Below the pieces are notes generated by a model. It worked only from the letters and a program-made list of their open reading frames with translations. It ran no database searches and was not told where the DNA came from. A stretch of 64,000 nucleotides of DNA from an uncultured Kordia sp. (GTDB taxonomy: Bacteria; Bacteroidota; Bacteroidia; Flavobacteriales; Flavobacteriaceae): contig NZ_CANMEZ010000014.1 of the NCBI RefSeq assembly GCF_947496985.1, forward strand, positions 16,379 to 80,378. The letters are read 5' to 3'. Position 1 is the first letter of the stretch, and every line of letters starts with the position of its first letter. Shown in pieces: positions 16,094 to 26,346 of the stretch. The translations under genes were made by a program, and so were the position numbers.

Positions 16094-19000
16094 TTAGAAT
16101 TTATTTTGTTCTTTACGTGCTCTTATAGGATACGCTGGTCGTTTAGGATATACTTTTGGATTTTCCTTTAGTTGCTTTAAAGCAATTTCAATTGCTTTCT
16201 CTAATTGTGGATCGCGTCCTTGAATAACTAATTTAGGCAATTGATCTACTTCAACATCTGGTGCGACACCTTCGTTTTCTACAGTATATCCATTTTCATC
16301 CCAAAAGGCAATATTTGGAGCAGTTACAACGCCACCATCTATGAATTCTGGATATCCTAAAATACCGACCAATCCGCCCCAAGTACGTTTTCCAACAATA
16401 GTTCCCATGTTTTGCCTTTTAAAAGCCCAAGGAAGATAATCGCCGCCAGAACCAGCACCTTCATTTACGAGCATTACTTTTGGTCCGTCAATAGAAGCGC
16501 TAGGCGTTCGTAAATCTTTACCATATCTAAAGTTCCAACCAGACATTTTTGATCTTTGTAAAATATCTAAATAATAATCTGCTAGTAATCCTCCACCATT
16601 AAAACGTTCGTCAATAATGACTGCTTTTTTATTTGTCTGTGGGAAGAAGTAACGTTTGAAATATTCATGACCTTGTCCAGCAGTATTAGGAACGTATACA
16701 TATGCAACTTGCCCATTAGTAGCTTCATCTACTTTTTTGATATTGTTTTCTACCCAAGCACGATTTCTAAGTTGTATTTCTCCATAAATAGGCACAACTT
16801 TCACAGTTCTACGATTTGTACCATCTGCTTTAGCGCTAACTTCAAGCGTAACAATTTTACCAGCAGTATTTTCAAAGAAAGCATATAAGTTTTGATTAGC
16901 AGTTACGTTTTTACCATTTACAGAAAGTAAATAATCACCAACAGTAACATTTACTCCAGGTTCTGTTAACGGAGAGCGTAAGTTTGGATTCCAGTTAAGG
17001 CCTCCATATATTTTTGAAAATTGATAACGATTATTATTTACTTTATAATCTGCGCCAAGCAAACCACCACCAATATATGGAGCAGAGTTTAGTCGGTCTC
17101 CTGTATCTGCAAATCGATGATGTCCAACACCAAGTTCACTAAACATCCATTGCATCATTCTGTATAAATCACTTCTGTTAGTTACATGGGCAAGAAATGG
17201 TTTGTATTTCTTTTTCATCGATTTCCAGTTGATTCCGTGCATCCCAGGATCGTAGAAGTAATCACGATTTACGCGCCAAGCTTCTTCAAAAATGTTATTC
17301 CATTCTTTTACAGGATCAATTTTTACCTGAATGGAAGTGGTATTTACCGAATTGTCAGTTTTTGAACCTATGGCAGTTACACCATAATCACCGTTTTTAT
17401 AATACAACATTTGTTTTCCGTCACTAGAAAATTCAAAACTACTCGCTTGTGTAATTTCTTCTGCTTTTTGATCTTTTAAGCTAAATTTATAAATAGGTTG
17501 CGCAGCAAAGAAACTTGAATTCGGATTTCTTGATAAGTAAAATAGTTCACCTTCGTTGGCAATTTGTAAGTTGGAATAGTTTCCTGAGCGAATAGGAAGT
17601 GCTATGATTCTATGCTCAATTCCATCCCAATCAATTTTTAACGCAGTTTCTTCTTCTTCTTTAGCTGATGAATCCTTTTTTTCTGCAACTTCAATTACTT
17701 CTTCGTCATTCTTTTTCGCTAATGGCGAAATGGTCTCTTTTTGTAGGGTAATGAGGTAAATTGTATTGGAAGATTCCATATCTTGACTAGAAAGGTCAAA
17801 CCAATTTAATAATGGACCTGCATCCGTTGAAGCGGTTAAGTAAATGTATTTTCCACTTGGATCAAAAACAACTTCGGAGATATTAGATAATCCATCAGAA
17901 ATAGCAAATGATTTGTTTTCATCTACTGAATATACAAACGCTTTTTGATAGTATGTTTCTGTGATTTGCGTATATGTAACCCATTTTGAATCGTGCGACC
18001 AAGAACCAAAAATGTCTCTAAATGCACCAATTCCGTATAAAACATCAGAAGCTATTTTAGTGCTTTTTTTAGATGCAACATCTACTATGTAAATGCTTTT
18101 ACTATTATCTGTATAGCATATTTTTTTACTATCAGGCGACCAATTTATATGTGCGTAAAAGCCATTTCCTTTGATTGAAATTTTTTCAACGCTATTGTCT
18201 TGTATGTTTTTTATATGTAATTCATATTCTCCAGAAGCATCTGAAAAATAAGCAATATGTTTCCCATTAGGAGACCATTGTGGGTCTTTTTCGTGTACGC
18301 CAGCTGTTTGTGAAATATTATTAACATCTCCTTTTTTTACAGGAACCGTAACAATTTCACCTCTAAAATCCATTACAAGTCGTTTTCCAGAAGGAGAAAT
18401 ACCGACCGATCGTATGTATTGATTTCCAGAAACAAAACGTGGACGTAATTCTAGTAAATCAGTTGCAATACCGATAGTAAGTTTTGTTTTCTGCTTTACA
18501 GCAGGATTATACGTATGTAAATATCCTGCTTGTTCATAGATTAATTCGTTATTATCTGATGAAATTGCCAATACAGGAAAGTCTTTATAAAATGTATGTT
18601 GTGTTACTTGTTTAGAATCCATATCGTACGAATAGATATTGAATTCTCCATTACGATCCGATCGGAAGTATACTGTGTTTCTAATCCATTGCGGATTTGT
18701 ATCGTTACTTCCTGTAGCTGGTTTTGGAATTTCGTCTACTTCATGTGTTTTTACATCATAAATCCAAATCTTTCCTTGTCGTCCACCACGATAGTTTTTC
18801 CATTGCGTATGCGCACTTCCAAAAGGTGTATATGCTATATATTTCGCATCTGGCGAATACGATGCGCTATGTGCGGTAGGTAGAGGTAACTTTGTAACTG
18901 GTCCACCATCAATACTTATGGTGTACAATTGTCTGTAATGATATACATGACTGTGTCTTCTAGAAGCGAAGAGAATATTTTTTCCGGTTTCGTCAAAGCT

Positions 19001-19357
19001 TCTCACTAAATCTGCATATGGATGCCAAGTAAGGCGTTTTGGAACACCGCCATTTACATCTATAATAAACACATCTATATTTCCATCATATTCTGCACTG
19101 AAAGCAATTTTAGATCCGTCAGGTGAGAAGATAGGATTTGATTCTATGCCTTCGTCAATAGTAAGTCTGATAGGGTTAGAACCATCTCTGTTGGCAACCC
19201 ATAAATCCTCTGCATAGATAAAAGCAATTTTGTTTTTACTAATGGCAGGATTGGACATTAAGCGTGTGTCTTTTACATTCTGAGCAGTAATTGTACTTGT
19301 AAAGAATAGAAATAAAATTCCTAAAAGGAAGTTGGTGGTTGGTTGGAAAGGTTTCAT
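16094..19357 (-). CDS. Tricorn-protease-like S41 peptidase (beta-propellers + PDZ + S41 catalytic domain)
   Basis: 1087 aa with a signal peptide. TolB-like repeats (SPDG.KIAF, WSPDSKK) are followed by a C-terminal tail-specific protease region (GAGSGGDYLP..., GKRTWGG). Confidence 0.85.
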   Translation of the reverse strand: MKPFQPTTNFLLGILFLFFTSTITAQNVKDTRLMSNPAISKNKIAFIYAEDLWVANRDGSNPIRLTIDEGIESNPIFSPDGSKIAFSAEYDGNIDVFIIDVNGGVPKRLTWHPYADLVRSFDETGKNILFASRRHSHVYHYRQLYTISIDGGPVTKLPLPTAHSASYSPDAKYIAYTPFGSAHTQWKNYRGGRQGKIWIYDVKTHEVDEIPKPATGSNDTNPQWIRNTVYFRSDRNGEFNIYSYDMDSKQVTQHTFYKDFPVLAISSDNNELIYEQAGYLHTYNPAVKQKTKLTIGIATDLLELRPRFVSGNQYIRSVGISPSGKRLVMDFRGEIVTVPVKKGDVNNISQTAGVHEKDPQWSPNGKHIAYFSDASGEYELHIKNIQDNSVEKISIKGNGFYAHINWSPDSKKICYTDNSKSIYIVDVASKKSTKIASDVLYGIGAFRDIFGSWSHDSKWVTYTQITETYYQKAFVYSVDENKSFAISDGLSNISEVVFDPSGKYIYLTASTDAGPLLNWFDLSSQDMESSNTIYLITLQKETISPLAKKNDEEVIEVAEKKDSSAKEEEETALKIDWDGIEHRIIALPIRSGNYSNLQIANEGELFYLSRNPNSSFFAAQPIYKFSLKDQKAEEITQASSFEFSSDGKQMLYYKNGDYGVTAIGSKTDNSVNTTSIQVKIDPVKEWNNIFEEAWRVNRDYFYDPGMHGINWKSMKKKYKPFLAHVTNRSDLYRMMQWMFSELGVGHHRFADTGDRLNSAPYIGGGLLGADYKVNNNRYQFSKIYGGLNWNPNLRSPLTEPGVNVTVGDYLLSVNGKNVTANQNLYAFFENTAGKIVTLEVSAKADGTNRRTVKVVPIYGEIQLRNRAWVENNIKKVDEATNGQVAYVYVPNTAGQGHEYFKRYFFPQTNKKAVIIDERFNGGGLLADYYLDILQRSKMSGWNFRYGKDLRTPSASIDGPKVMLVNEGAGSGGDYLPWAFKRQNMGTIVGKRTWGGLVGILGYPEFIDGGVVTAPNIAFWDENGYTVENEGVAPDVEVDQLPKLVIQGRDPQLEKAIEIALKQLKENPKVYPKRPAYPIRARKEQNKF

Positions 19358-19558
19358 TGGTATGTAAATGGTTAATTTTTTGATTGAGTTCAGAAATAGA
19401 AGTTGAAGATACTAAAAATACTAGTGTGACAATGCTTTATAAATGCTAGATATATGTTAAATAAATACTAAAAAAGTCATCTTGTTTAAAGATGACTTTT
19501 TAATATTTCTTAGGTGTTTATTTTGAATGTTTTAATAGCAGGGATCTAGCATATTGAC

Positions 19559-20338
19559 TTATTCTTGCTCAGAATCTTCAACTTCTTCTTTCTTTTTCTT
19601 TGCTTTTTTGTAGATAGGAATGGAGTAACTTATGGTATAATTAAAACCAGCACCAACATTACTGTCGGTTGTTACTTTGTTAAATCCAGGAATGAATAAG
19701 TTTTGAAAGTTATCAGGTTCTTTCGTACTTAAGAGTCGATTTAAACGAACGCTAAACCCTAAATATATGTTTTTATATAATTCTACTTTTATTCCAGCAA
19801 CAGCTTCAATCCAATGTGCATTTAAGCTAGAAAACTCTGTGCCTGGTGCAAATTCTAAATTGTCAGGATTTTCTAAATGTGTATCGTTTATGTAGATACG
19901 ATAGCTGTTTAAAGTTTGCTTATGTGTACTGTATCCATAACGCAAACCAACAAAGATGGAATTTTCCATTCCAAACCAGTTTTCATAGGCATTAAAATCG
20001 AATCCTACTTTTAAATAGCTTCCTTCTGTAGTAAAGTTTAGTTGATCTTCATCAACTGTTTTCTTTTCATTCCCTAATTCGGCAGCTAAATAAAACTTTT
20101 TGGTAATTCTAAAATCTCCTACGACTTCAAAACCTTGGTAATCTTTTTCAAGTAACACTCGAATTGGTCTACTTAAATCTAATCCAATACGTAATCCGTA
20201 ATTATCTTTATTGGGAGATAGAGTATCTTTTACAACTTCTGTAGCTTCTTTTTCAGTAGTTGTTTCTTCTGAGTTTTCTTGTGCAAAGCTTATGCTAAAT
20301 ACCAAGAATGCGAGTATACTAGTGATATATTTTAACAT
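19559..20338 (-). CDS. Predicted outer-membrane beta-barrel protein
   Basis: 259 aa with a signal peptide, alternating beta-strand pattern and C-terminal aromatic strands. Confidence 0.5.
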   Translation of the reverse strand: MLKYITSILAFLVFSISFAQENSEETTTEKEATEVVKDTLSPNKDNYGLRIGLDLSRPIRVLLEKDYQGFEVVGDFRITKKFYLAAELGNEKKTVDEDQLNFTTEGSYLKVGFDFNAYENWFGMENSIFVGLRYGYSTHKQTLNSYRIYINDTHLENPDNLEFAPGTEFSSLNAHWIEAVAGIKVELYKNIYLGFSVRLNRLLSTKEPDNFQNLFIPGFNKVTTDSNVGAGFNYTISYSIPIYKKAKKKKEEVEDSEQE

Positions 20339-20891
20339 GCGCTATAGTTTCATTTTGAATAGTAAATTGTGTAATGGCTATTCCTGTTGTTGTATTGATC
20401 CAATTGTCTGAATCAGTGGTAACAACAACGCCAGTTCCAGCATCATCTAATCTATAATTTGTAGCATAACCACAAGCTCTAGAAAGAAAAATTTCAGAAG
20501 TTTCATAGTTAAATGTGATGAGGTCTGAATTTCCAGCAGTAATATTTCCGTCACTATCTGTTTCATATCCAGAGAAGAAACGATATACTGTAGTGTTTTC
20601 TTGTGTATGTAATGGAATAGATATCGTATTTACAGTATCAGCATTATCCTGAATTGGAGATGCAGTATTGGGATCTAAGTTTGGATTTAATGCTTCTACA
20701 AATAAGTTCGTTACATTTTTTGCAACATCTTCTCCTGTAGCGATCATAATATCTGCATCAAAAAAATCAATCACTAATCTTGGAGTCGTAAGCGTTCCTT
20801 CTGCACAAATATCATCTTTCTCACATGAAAAGGAGAAAACAGCTGTTGCAATAACTAAGCAGATAACTCCTATATACGATAGTTTTTTCAT
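20319..20891 (-). CDS. Putative lipoprotein
   Basis: 190 aa with a signal plus lipobox (VFSFSC). It overlaps the downstream barrel gene by 20 nt. Confidence 0.5.
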   Translation of the reverse strand: MKKLSYIGVICLVIATAVFSFSCEKDDICAEGTLTTPRLVIDFFDADIMIATGEDVAKNVTNLFVEALNPNLDPNTASPIQDNADTVNTISIPLHTQENTTVYRFFSGYETDSDGNITAGNSDLITFNYETSEIFLSRACGYATNYRLDDAGTGVVVTTDSDNWINTTTGIAITQFTIQNETIAHVKIYH

Positions 20892-20896
20892 ATTAT

Positions 20897-22309
20897 TTAA
20901 TTTCTCTTTTCTAAAAGTACAACATTTTCAATATGATGTGTTTGTGGAAACATATCAACGGCTTGTACTTTGGTTACTTTATATGTTTCGTCCATCAAAG
21001 CTAAATCGCGCGCTTGTGTAGCACTGTTGCAACTTACGTAGACTACTTTTTTAGGTGCAATGTTTAAAATTTGTTGCACTACATCTGCATGCATTCCGTC
21101 ACGTGGTGGATCAGTAATAATAATATCTGGTGTTCCATGAGCTTCAATGAATTCAGTATTAAAAACCTTTTTCATATCTCCAACAAAGAATTCTGTATTT
21201 GTAATATTATTAAATGCAGCATTTTCTTTAGCAGCTTCAATAGCTTCAGGAACCGATTCTACACCCACTACTTTTTTCGCTTTTTTCGATACAAATTGTG
21301 CAATAGTACCTGTTCCTGTATACAAATCATATACCAATTCATCACCAACTAAACCAGCAAAGTCACGCGTGATTTTATACAATTCATGTGCTTGATCAGA
21401 ATTTGTTTGATAGAATGATTTGGCATTAATCTTAAACTTCAAACCTTCCATTTCTTCAAAAATATGATCACGCCCGTTAAAACAGATTACTTCCTGATCG
21501 TAAATAGTGTCATTTCCTTTTCCATTAATTACATACAATAACGCTGTAATTTCAGGGAATGTTTCTTTTATATAATTTAAAAGTAACTCACGCTTTGCAA
21601 TGTCTTCTTTGTAGAATTGTACCAATACCATTACTTCACCGATAGAAGACGTACGAATCATCAATGTTCGTAATAATCCTCTTTGGTTTCTTGTATTAAA
21701 GAAAGCAATGTCGTATGTTGTAGCAAATTCTTTAATTGCATTTCTGATTGCATTTGATGGATCAGCTTGTAAGTGACATTTCTTTACATCTAAAATCTTG
21801 TCCCACATGCCTGGGATATGAAATCCTAGTGCATTTCTATCACCTAAATCTTCACCAGAATCTACTTCTTCTTGTGTTAACCAACGACTATCCGAAAACG
21901 AGAACTCCATTTTATTTCTGTAAAAATACTGTTCGGCACTTCCTAAAATTGGTGTTAACTCAGGTAATTCAACTTTCCCAATACGTGTTAAATTATTCAA
22001 CACTTCTTTCTGCTTGTAAAACAATTGGTGTTTATATTCCATATGTTGCCACTTGCAACCACCACAAGTTCCAAAATGTTCACAAACAGGTTCGGTACGT
22101 TTATCAGAATACGAATGAAAGTGTATAACTTTCCCTTCGTAAAACGCTTTTCGTTTTTTATATGTTTGAATATCTACCACATCACCGGGAACGGCATTTG
22201 GTAAAAATATCACATTTCCATCTTCAGTTTTAGCGACTGTTTTCCCTTTTGTAGCAGTATCTACCACTTCAACTTGTTCAAACACTTTCTTACGATTCTT
22301 TCTTCCCAT
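20897..22309 (-). CDS. rlmD: 23S rRNA (uracil-5-)-methyltransferase RlmD/RumA family
   Basis: 470 aa. It has a TRAM-like N-terminus, the Fe-S cysteines CEHFGTCGGCKWQH, and SAM-MTase motifs (DLYTGTGTIA, DPPRDG). Confidence 0.85.
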   Translation of the reverse strand: MGRKNRKKVFEQVEVVDTATKGKTVAKTEDGNVIFLPNAVPGDVVDIQTYKKRKAFYEGKVIHFHSYSDKRTEPVCEHFGTCGGCKWQHMEYKHQLFYKQKEVLNNLTRIGKVELPELTPILGSAEQYFYRNKMEFSFSDSRWLTQEEVDSGEDLGDRNALGFHIPGMWDKILDVKKCHLQADPSNAIRNAIKEFATTYDIAFFNTRNQRGLLRTLMIRTSSIGEVMVLVQFYKEDIAKRELLLNYIKETFPEITALLYVINGKGNDTIYDQEVICFNGRDHIFEEMEGLKFKINAKSFYQTNSDQAHELYKITRDFAGLVGDELVYDLYTGTGTIAQFVSKKAKKVVGVESVPEAIEAAKENAAFNNITNTEFFVGDMKKVFNTEFIEAHGTPDIIITDPPRDGMHADVVQQILNIAPKKVVYVSCNSATQARDLALMDETYKVTKVQAVDMFPQTHHIENVVLLEKRN

Positions 22310-22547
22310 GCGGCAAAAATAACAATAGCGGTAAATATATATATAATTTATGTGGGCAATATTTAAAAAAGTGTGAAAAGTTTTTGTGAATGGTTATTAA
22401 ATCTTAGGTGTTTACTCAATGAAATAATACAAAAGACTAATTTTCACCATTTATTATAGATGCCCGAATGATTGTTTTATAAAATCATTGCATGAAAACA
22501 ATCTTTGGACTATTTTTAAAGAAATATAATGCGATAAAGATTTTTCA

Positions 22548-23003
22548 ATGATCACTATCTTCAAAAGCGAAATTCATTCCACTAAAAAACCAGCAGTATT
22601 CAAAACTACTTTGGAAGCCAAAACTTTAAAAACATCAAAAATGTTAAGCATTATGAATACGGTTAACATGACTTCCAATGACAAGGATTTTTATGGAAAA
22701 TATGAAAAAGATACAATTGCAATCACGCGCATTCGTAGAATTTCCTTGTTACGATTTTTACCAAAATTAATTATAACATTTCCTGAAATAGAAAAGAGTC
22801 TAAAGTTTCATGTAAAACTTGGTTTCTTTTCACTCATGGCGTTAATTTTTTTAGGCTTAGCTTTAATTATAAATATATCAGAATTCGTTAGAACAAGTAG
22901 ATTTACAGAAGATTTTTTAACAATATTAATCTTTATAGGAGTCTTTTTCAGCTTTGTGCTGATTGAACTTATGATGTACAAACAAAAATTTAATAATTAT
23001 TAA
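22548..23003 (+). CDS. Hypothetical membrane protein
   Basis: 151 aa with two C-terminal TM helices. Confidence 0.4.
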   Translation: MITIFKSEIHSTKKPAVFKTTLEAKTLKTSKMLSIMNTVNMTSNDKDFYGKYEKDTIAITRIRRISLLRFLPKLIITFPEIEKSLKFHVKLGFFSLMALIFLGLALIINISEFVRTSRFTEDFLTILIFIGVFFSFVLIELMMYKQKFNNY

Positions 23004-23084
23004 TTGTTCTTGTAAAGAAAGCCTAATTCATCGTCTACTAATTAAATAATAAATAGTTGTCATATTGAGCGTAGTGGAGATAAA

Positions 23085-24560
23085 TCAACTAAACTTCTGC
23101 ATTAAATCTTCCACAACAGTTTCCGTATTTTTATAACGATTTTGTTTATCTAAAATGCTTGAAGAAGCTTTTCGAACGCTACAATCAGCAATAGCGCAAC
23201 GTTCACATGTCACACCAACTTCTTTGGTTTGAATAGCAGAATCTTCTAAAAAAGAAATCTTTCGTTTCAATTGTTTATTTATAAGCAGTCCAACGCTAAT
23301 ACTTCTGTAATGATTCTTTTTAAACGGGTCTTTCGTTGCAGAGGATAATACCAAATAACGCATATTATCTTCCACATAATGTGAAATCTGCATGTCAAAC
23401 ACATGGCCTTGATCACTTTTTGCAATTGTTTCTAACACATTTAACGAAACCCAGCGTCTGCAATAATGTTCGTTCATTTCATTGGCATGTGGCGAATGTT
23501 GATGTGATAAATGCAACTCTTTTTTCAAATGAAACTTATCTGTTGTGGCTTTATGCGTAAATCGTAAAAAGAATAAATTCTGAATATTAAAATCTTTGGG
23601 AAGAATATTAGTTAAACGCTGATAAAACGATTCAGGAGAAGCATTAAAACTATCTATTAATTGTAAATAAATTTCTTTTTGAAAAGTTTTTTGTTGAAAC
23701 AATTCGGTTAACTGAGTTGTCAAAGAAGCTCTCGGAATCATTAACGCACCAGCAAAATACGAAGCATAAAAATTATTCAAAACTTGATCAAAATTATCAA
23801 ACTTGATCCATGAAAATGTATACAATCGATCTTTAATATCTAGAAAATTATAGGCTAATTCTTTTGCATAAATAAAGGTGCGTTGTGCATCATCAATATG
23901 CTTGGCGAGCAATAATGTTTTCGTTTTCGGAACAAAAATAGAACGTAAATTTCCTAACTCTTGATGTTTTGTCAGCTCTTCATCATTAATTGTATATAAA
24001 AATTCTTCAATTAAAATTTCTTCGAGTTCTTGTGAAGAAACTTTCTTTGTTAAATCGACTTGATAGGTTTTTGAGAAGGCTAAAACACTTTGTTCTAACT
24101 CATCAAAATAATTATTATTCGCCTCTTGGAATGAACGTACGGAAGCCAAATAAAAACTCTCTCTGCTAAAGCTATAATGTTGTGCAATCTCAATAATTGT
24201 ACTAATAAAAGCATTCACTTTTACAGGCGCATTGGTAACAATGTCAATAAGAGTACTTTCTTGAATACCAAATAGTTCTAGTGGAATCTCTTTTAGTATT
24301 TTAGATTGTAAAATTTCGCCAATAGGCGCCAAATTCTTATCCAGTTTCAAAGAAACCAAATGATCATAAGGAACATCTAACTTTTCTGAAAGCAATACAA
24401 TTTTATCTGTTTTTGGAAATTTCTTTCCTTTCTCTATTTCGTTCAAATATGATTTAGACAAGCCAGATAATTTAGACAAACCGAATAAGGATAATTTCCT
24501 TTCTGTACGTATTTGCTTGAGTTTTAAACCAAAAATAAGTTTAACGTATTCTTCTTCCAT
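23085..24560 (-). CDS. XRE-family HTH regulator with ImmA/IrrE-like and C-terminal Cys-containing domain (RamB/ScfR-like), divergent from aceBA
   Basis: 491 aa. The N-terminal HTH reads LKQIRTERKLSLFGLSKLSGLSKSYLNEIEKGKKFP, the central part has YFAGALMIPR, and the C-terminus has CERCAIADC. The position next to aceB-aceA fits this regulator class. Confidence 0.7.
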   Translation of the reverse strand: MEEEYVKLIFGLKLKQIRTERKLSLFGLSKLSGLSKSYLNEIEKGKKFPKTDKIVLLSEKLDVPYDHLVSLKLDKNLAPIGEILQSKILKEIPLELFGIQESTLIDIVTNAPVKVNAFISTIIEIAQHYSFSRESFYLASVRSFQEANNNYFDELEQSVLAFSKTYQVDLTKKVSSQELEEILIEEFLYTINDEELTKHQELGNLRSIFVPKTKTLLLAKHIDDAQRTFIYAKELAYNFLDIKDRLYTFSWIKFDNFDQVLNNFYASYFAGALMIPRASLTTQLTELFQQKTFQKEIYLQLIDSFNASPESFYQRLTNILPKDFNIQNLFFLRFTHKATTDKFHLKKELHLSHQHSPHANEMNEHYCRRWVSLNVLETIAKSDQGHVFDMQISHYVEDNMRYLVLSSATKDPFKKNHYRSISVGLLINKQLKRKISFLEDSAIQTKEVGVTCERCAIADCSVRKASSSILDKQNRYKNTETVVEDLMQKFS

Positions 24561-24580
24561 AACAACAAATATAACATAAT

Positions 24581-24634
24581 TTGCGAACTTAACATTTTTA
24601 GCGAATAAAATTTATTTAGCGAACGTTCGCTAAA
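24581..24634. promoter_or_regulatory. Operator: perfect 20-nt palindrome TTTAGCGAACGTTCGCTAAA plus two upstream half-sites
   Basis: The palindrome lies at 24615-24634. Half-sites are TTGCGAAC at 24581 and TTTAGCGAAT at 24597. All sit between the divergent regulator and aceB. Confidence 0.65.
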
Positions 24635-24676
24635 TTGAAAAAAATGTTTTAATATTGCTGCATAAAATTATACATC

Positions 24677-26275
24677 ATGGAAGAAATCGTTTTAAAACAG
24701 TCTAAAGTTCAGTTCGCTAACGAAGTGAAAAATTACTATCCAGAAATTTTAACTGATGAAGCATTAACCTTTATTATTGCTTTACATGAAAAGTTTAATG
24801 CCAAACGATTAGAATTATTAGAAAGGCGAGAAATGCAACAGACCATTTTTGATAAAGGTAAATTTCCAGAGTTTCCAAGAGAGACGAAAGATATACGAGA
24901 AAGTGATTGGAAAGTGAGTGAAATCCCTCATGATTTACAAGACAGACGTGTGGAAATTACAGGTCCTGTAGATCGCAAAATGATAATAAATGCATTGAAT
25001 TCTGGCGCAAAAACGTTTATGGCAGACTTGGAAGATAGTAATTCGCCAAGTTGGAAAAATACGATTGAAGGACAACAAAATCTTAAAGATACAAATCAAA
25101 AAACGATTTCTCTTCACGATACAAAAAGGAACAAATTATACGAGTTAGAAGATGAAACAGCTGTGTTATTAGTACGTCCAAGAGGTTTGCATTTAAATGA
25201 GAGACACATTTTGATAGAAGGAGAAGAAACTTCAGGAAGTTTAGTCGATTTTGGATTATATGTATTGCACAACACAACAGTAATGTTGGTAAATAATACA
25301 GCACCTTATTTCTATCTACCAAAATTAGAACACTATTTAGAAGCACGTTGGTGGAATGAAGTATTCGAATTTGCACAAGCGTATTTAGGAGTTCCAAACG
25401 GAACATTTAAAGCAACAGTTTTGGTAGAAACTATTACAGCAAGTTTTCAATTAGACGAAATTATTTTTGAGTTGAAAGATCATATTGTTGGTCTTAATTG
25501 TGGTCGTTGGGATTACATTTTCTCATACATAAAGAAATTTAGAAATCATCAAAATTTTGTAGTTCCAAATAGAGATCAAGTAACAATGACAACACCATTT
25601 ATGGACGCGTATTCAAAATTGGTAATTCAACGTTGCCACAAACGTGGAATTTTAGCAATAGGTGGAATGGCAGCACAAATTCCTATTAAAAATAACGCTT
25701 TCGCGAATGCACAAGCATTAGAAAAAGTTAGAAAAGACAAAGAGCGCGAAGTCAAAAATGGACACGACGGCACTTGGGTAGCACATCCAGCGTTGGTTGA
25801 AGTTGCTATGAATGAATTCAATAAACATATGCCTACGTCAAATCAATTACATGTCACTAGAGACGATGTGCAAATCACAGAAAAAGATTTGTTAGCATTA
25901 CCAAATGGAACGGTTACCGAAAAAGGAATTCGTAAAAATATAAATGTCGGTATCTTATACATTGAAGCATGGTTACGTGGGTTTGGAGCTGTGGCTTTAT
26001 ATAACTTAATGGAAGATGCCGCTACTGCAGAAATATCACGCACGCAAGTGTGGCAATGGTTAAAAAATGAAGTGTTTTTAGAAGATGGACGACAATTTAA
26101 AGAAGCATTGTTTAGAGAAATTTTTGATGATGAAATTGAAAAAATCATCACAGAAGTTGGTGAAGACAAATTACCTAAAACTAAATTCAAACTGGCAATA
26201 TCACTTTTTGAAAAGTTAGTTACAGCAACCGAATTTGAAGAGTTCTTAACGCTTCCTGCATATTTGCACATATAA
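24677..26275 (+). CDS. aceB: Malate synthase A
   Basis: 532 aa with family-typical blocks (RRVEITGPVDRKMIINALNSGA, FMADLEDS, NCGRWDYIFS). Confidence 0.95.
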   Translation: MEEIVLKQSKVQFANEVKNYYPEILTDEALTFIIALHEKFNAKRLELLERREMQQTIFDKGKFPEFPRETKDIRESDWKVSEIPHDLQDRRVEITGPVDRKMIINALNSGAKTFMADLEDSNSPSWKNTIEGQQNLKDTNQKTISLHDTKRNKLYELEDETAVLLVRPRGLHLNERHILIEGEETSGSLVDFGLYVLHNTTVMLVNNTAPYFYLPKLEHYLEARWWNEVFEFAQAYLGVPNGTFKATVLVETITASFQLDEIIFELKDHIVGLNCGRWDYIFSYIKKFRNHQNFVVPNRDQVTMTTPFMDAYSKLVIQRCHKRGILAIGGMAAQIPIKNNAFANAQALEKVRKDKEREVKNGHDGTWVAHPALVEVAMNEFNKHMPTSNQLHVTRDDVQITEKDLLALPNGTVTEKGIRKNINVGILYIEAWLRGFGAVALYNLMEDAATAEISRTQVWQWLKNEVFLEDGRQFKEALFREIFDDEIEKIITEVGEDKLPKTKFKLAISLFEKLVTATEFEEFLTLPAYLHI

Positions 26276-26346
26276 AAAACAATCCTGCGATTGCGGCAAC
26301 AATCAACAGGATCTAATTATTAATAAAAATAACGTATCACAAAATT

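Noticed and set aside
25843-26271. 142-aa antisense ORF inside aceB. Other ORFs in the same class: 24935-25117, 25083-25406, 25627-25821, 21071-21395, 21748-22128, 18596-18883, 16667-16888, 36022-36307, 37110-37301, 40937-42106 (three ORFs) and 29896-30183.
   Set aside because: All lie opposite or out of frame within long ORFs that have clear conserved-family motifs. These are typical shadow ORFs of an AT-rich genome.
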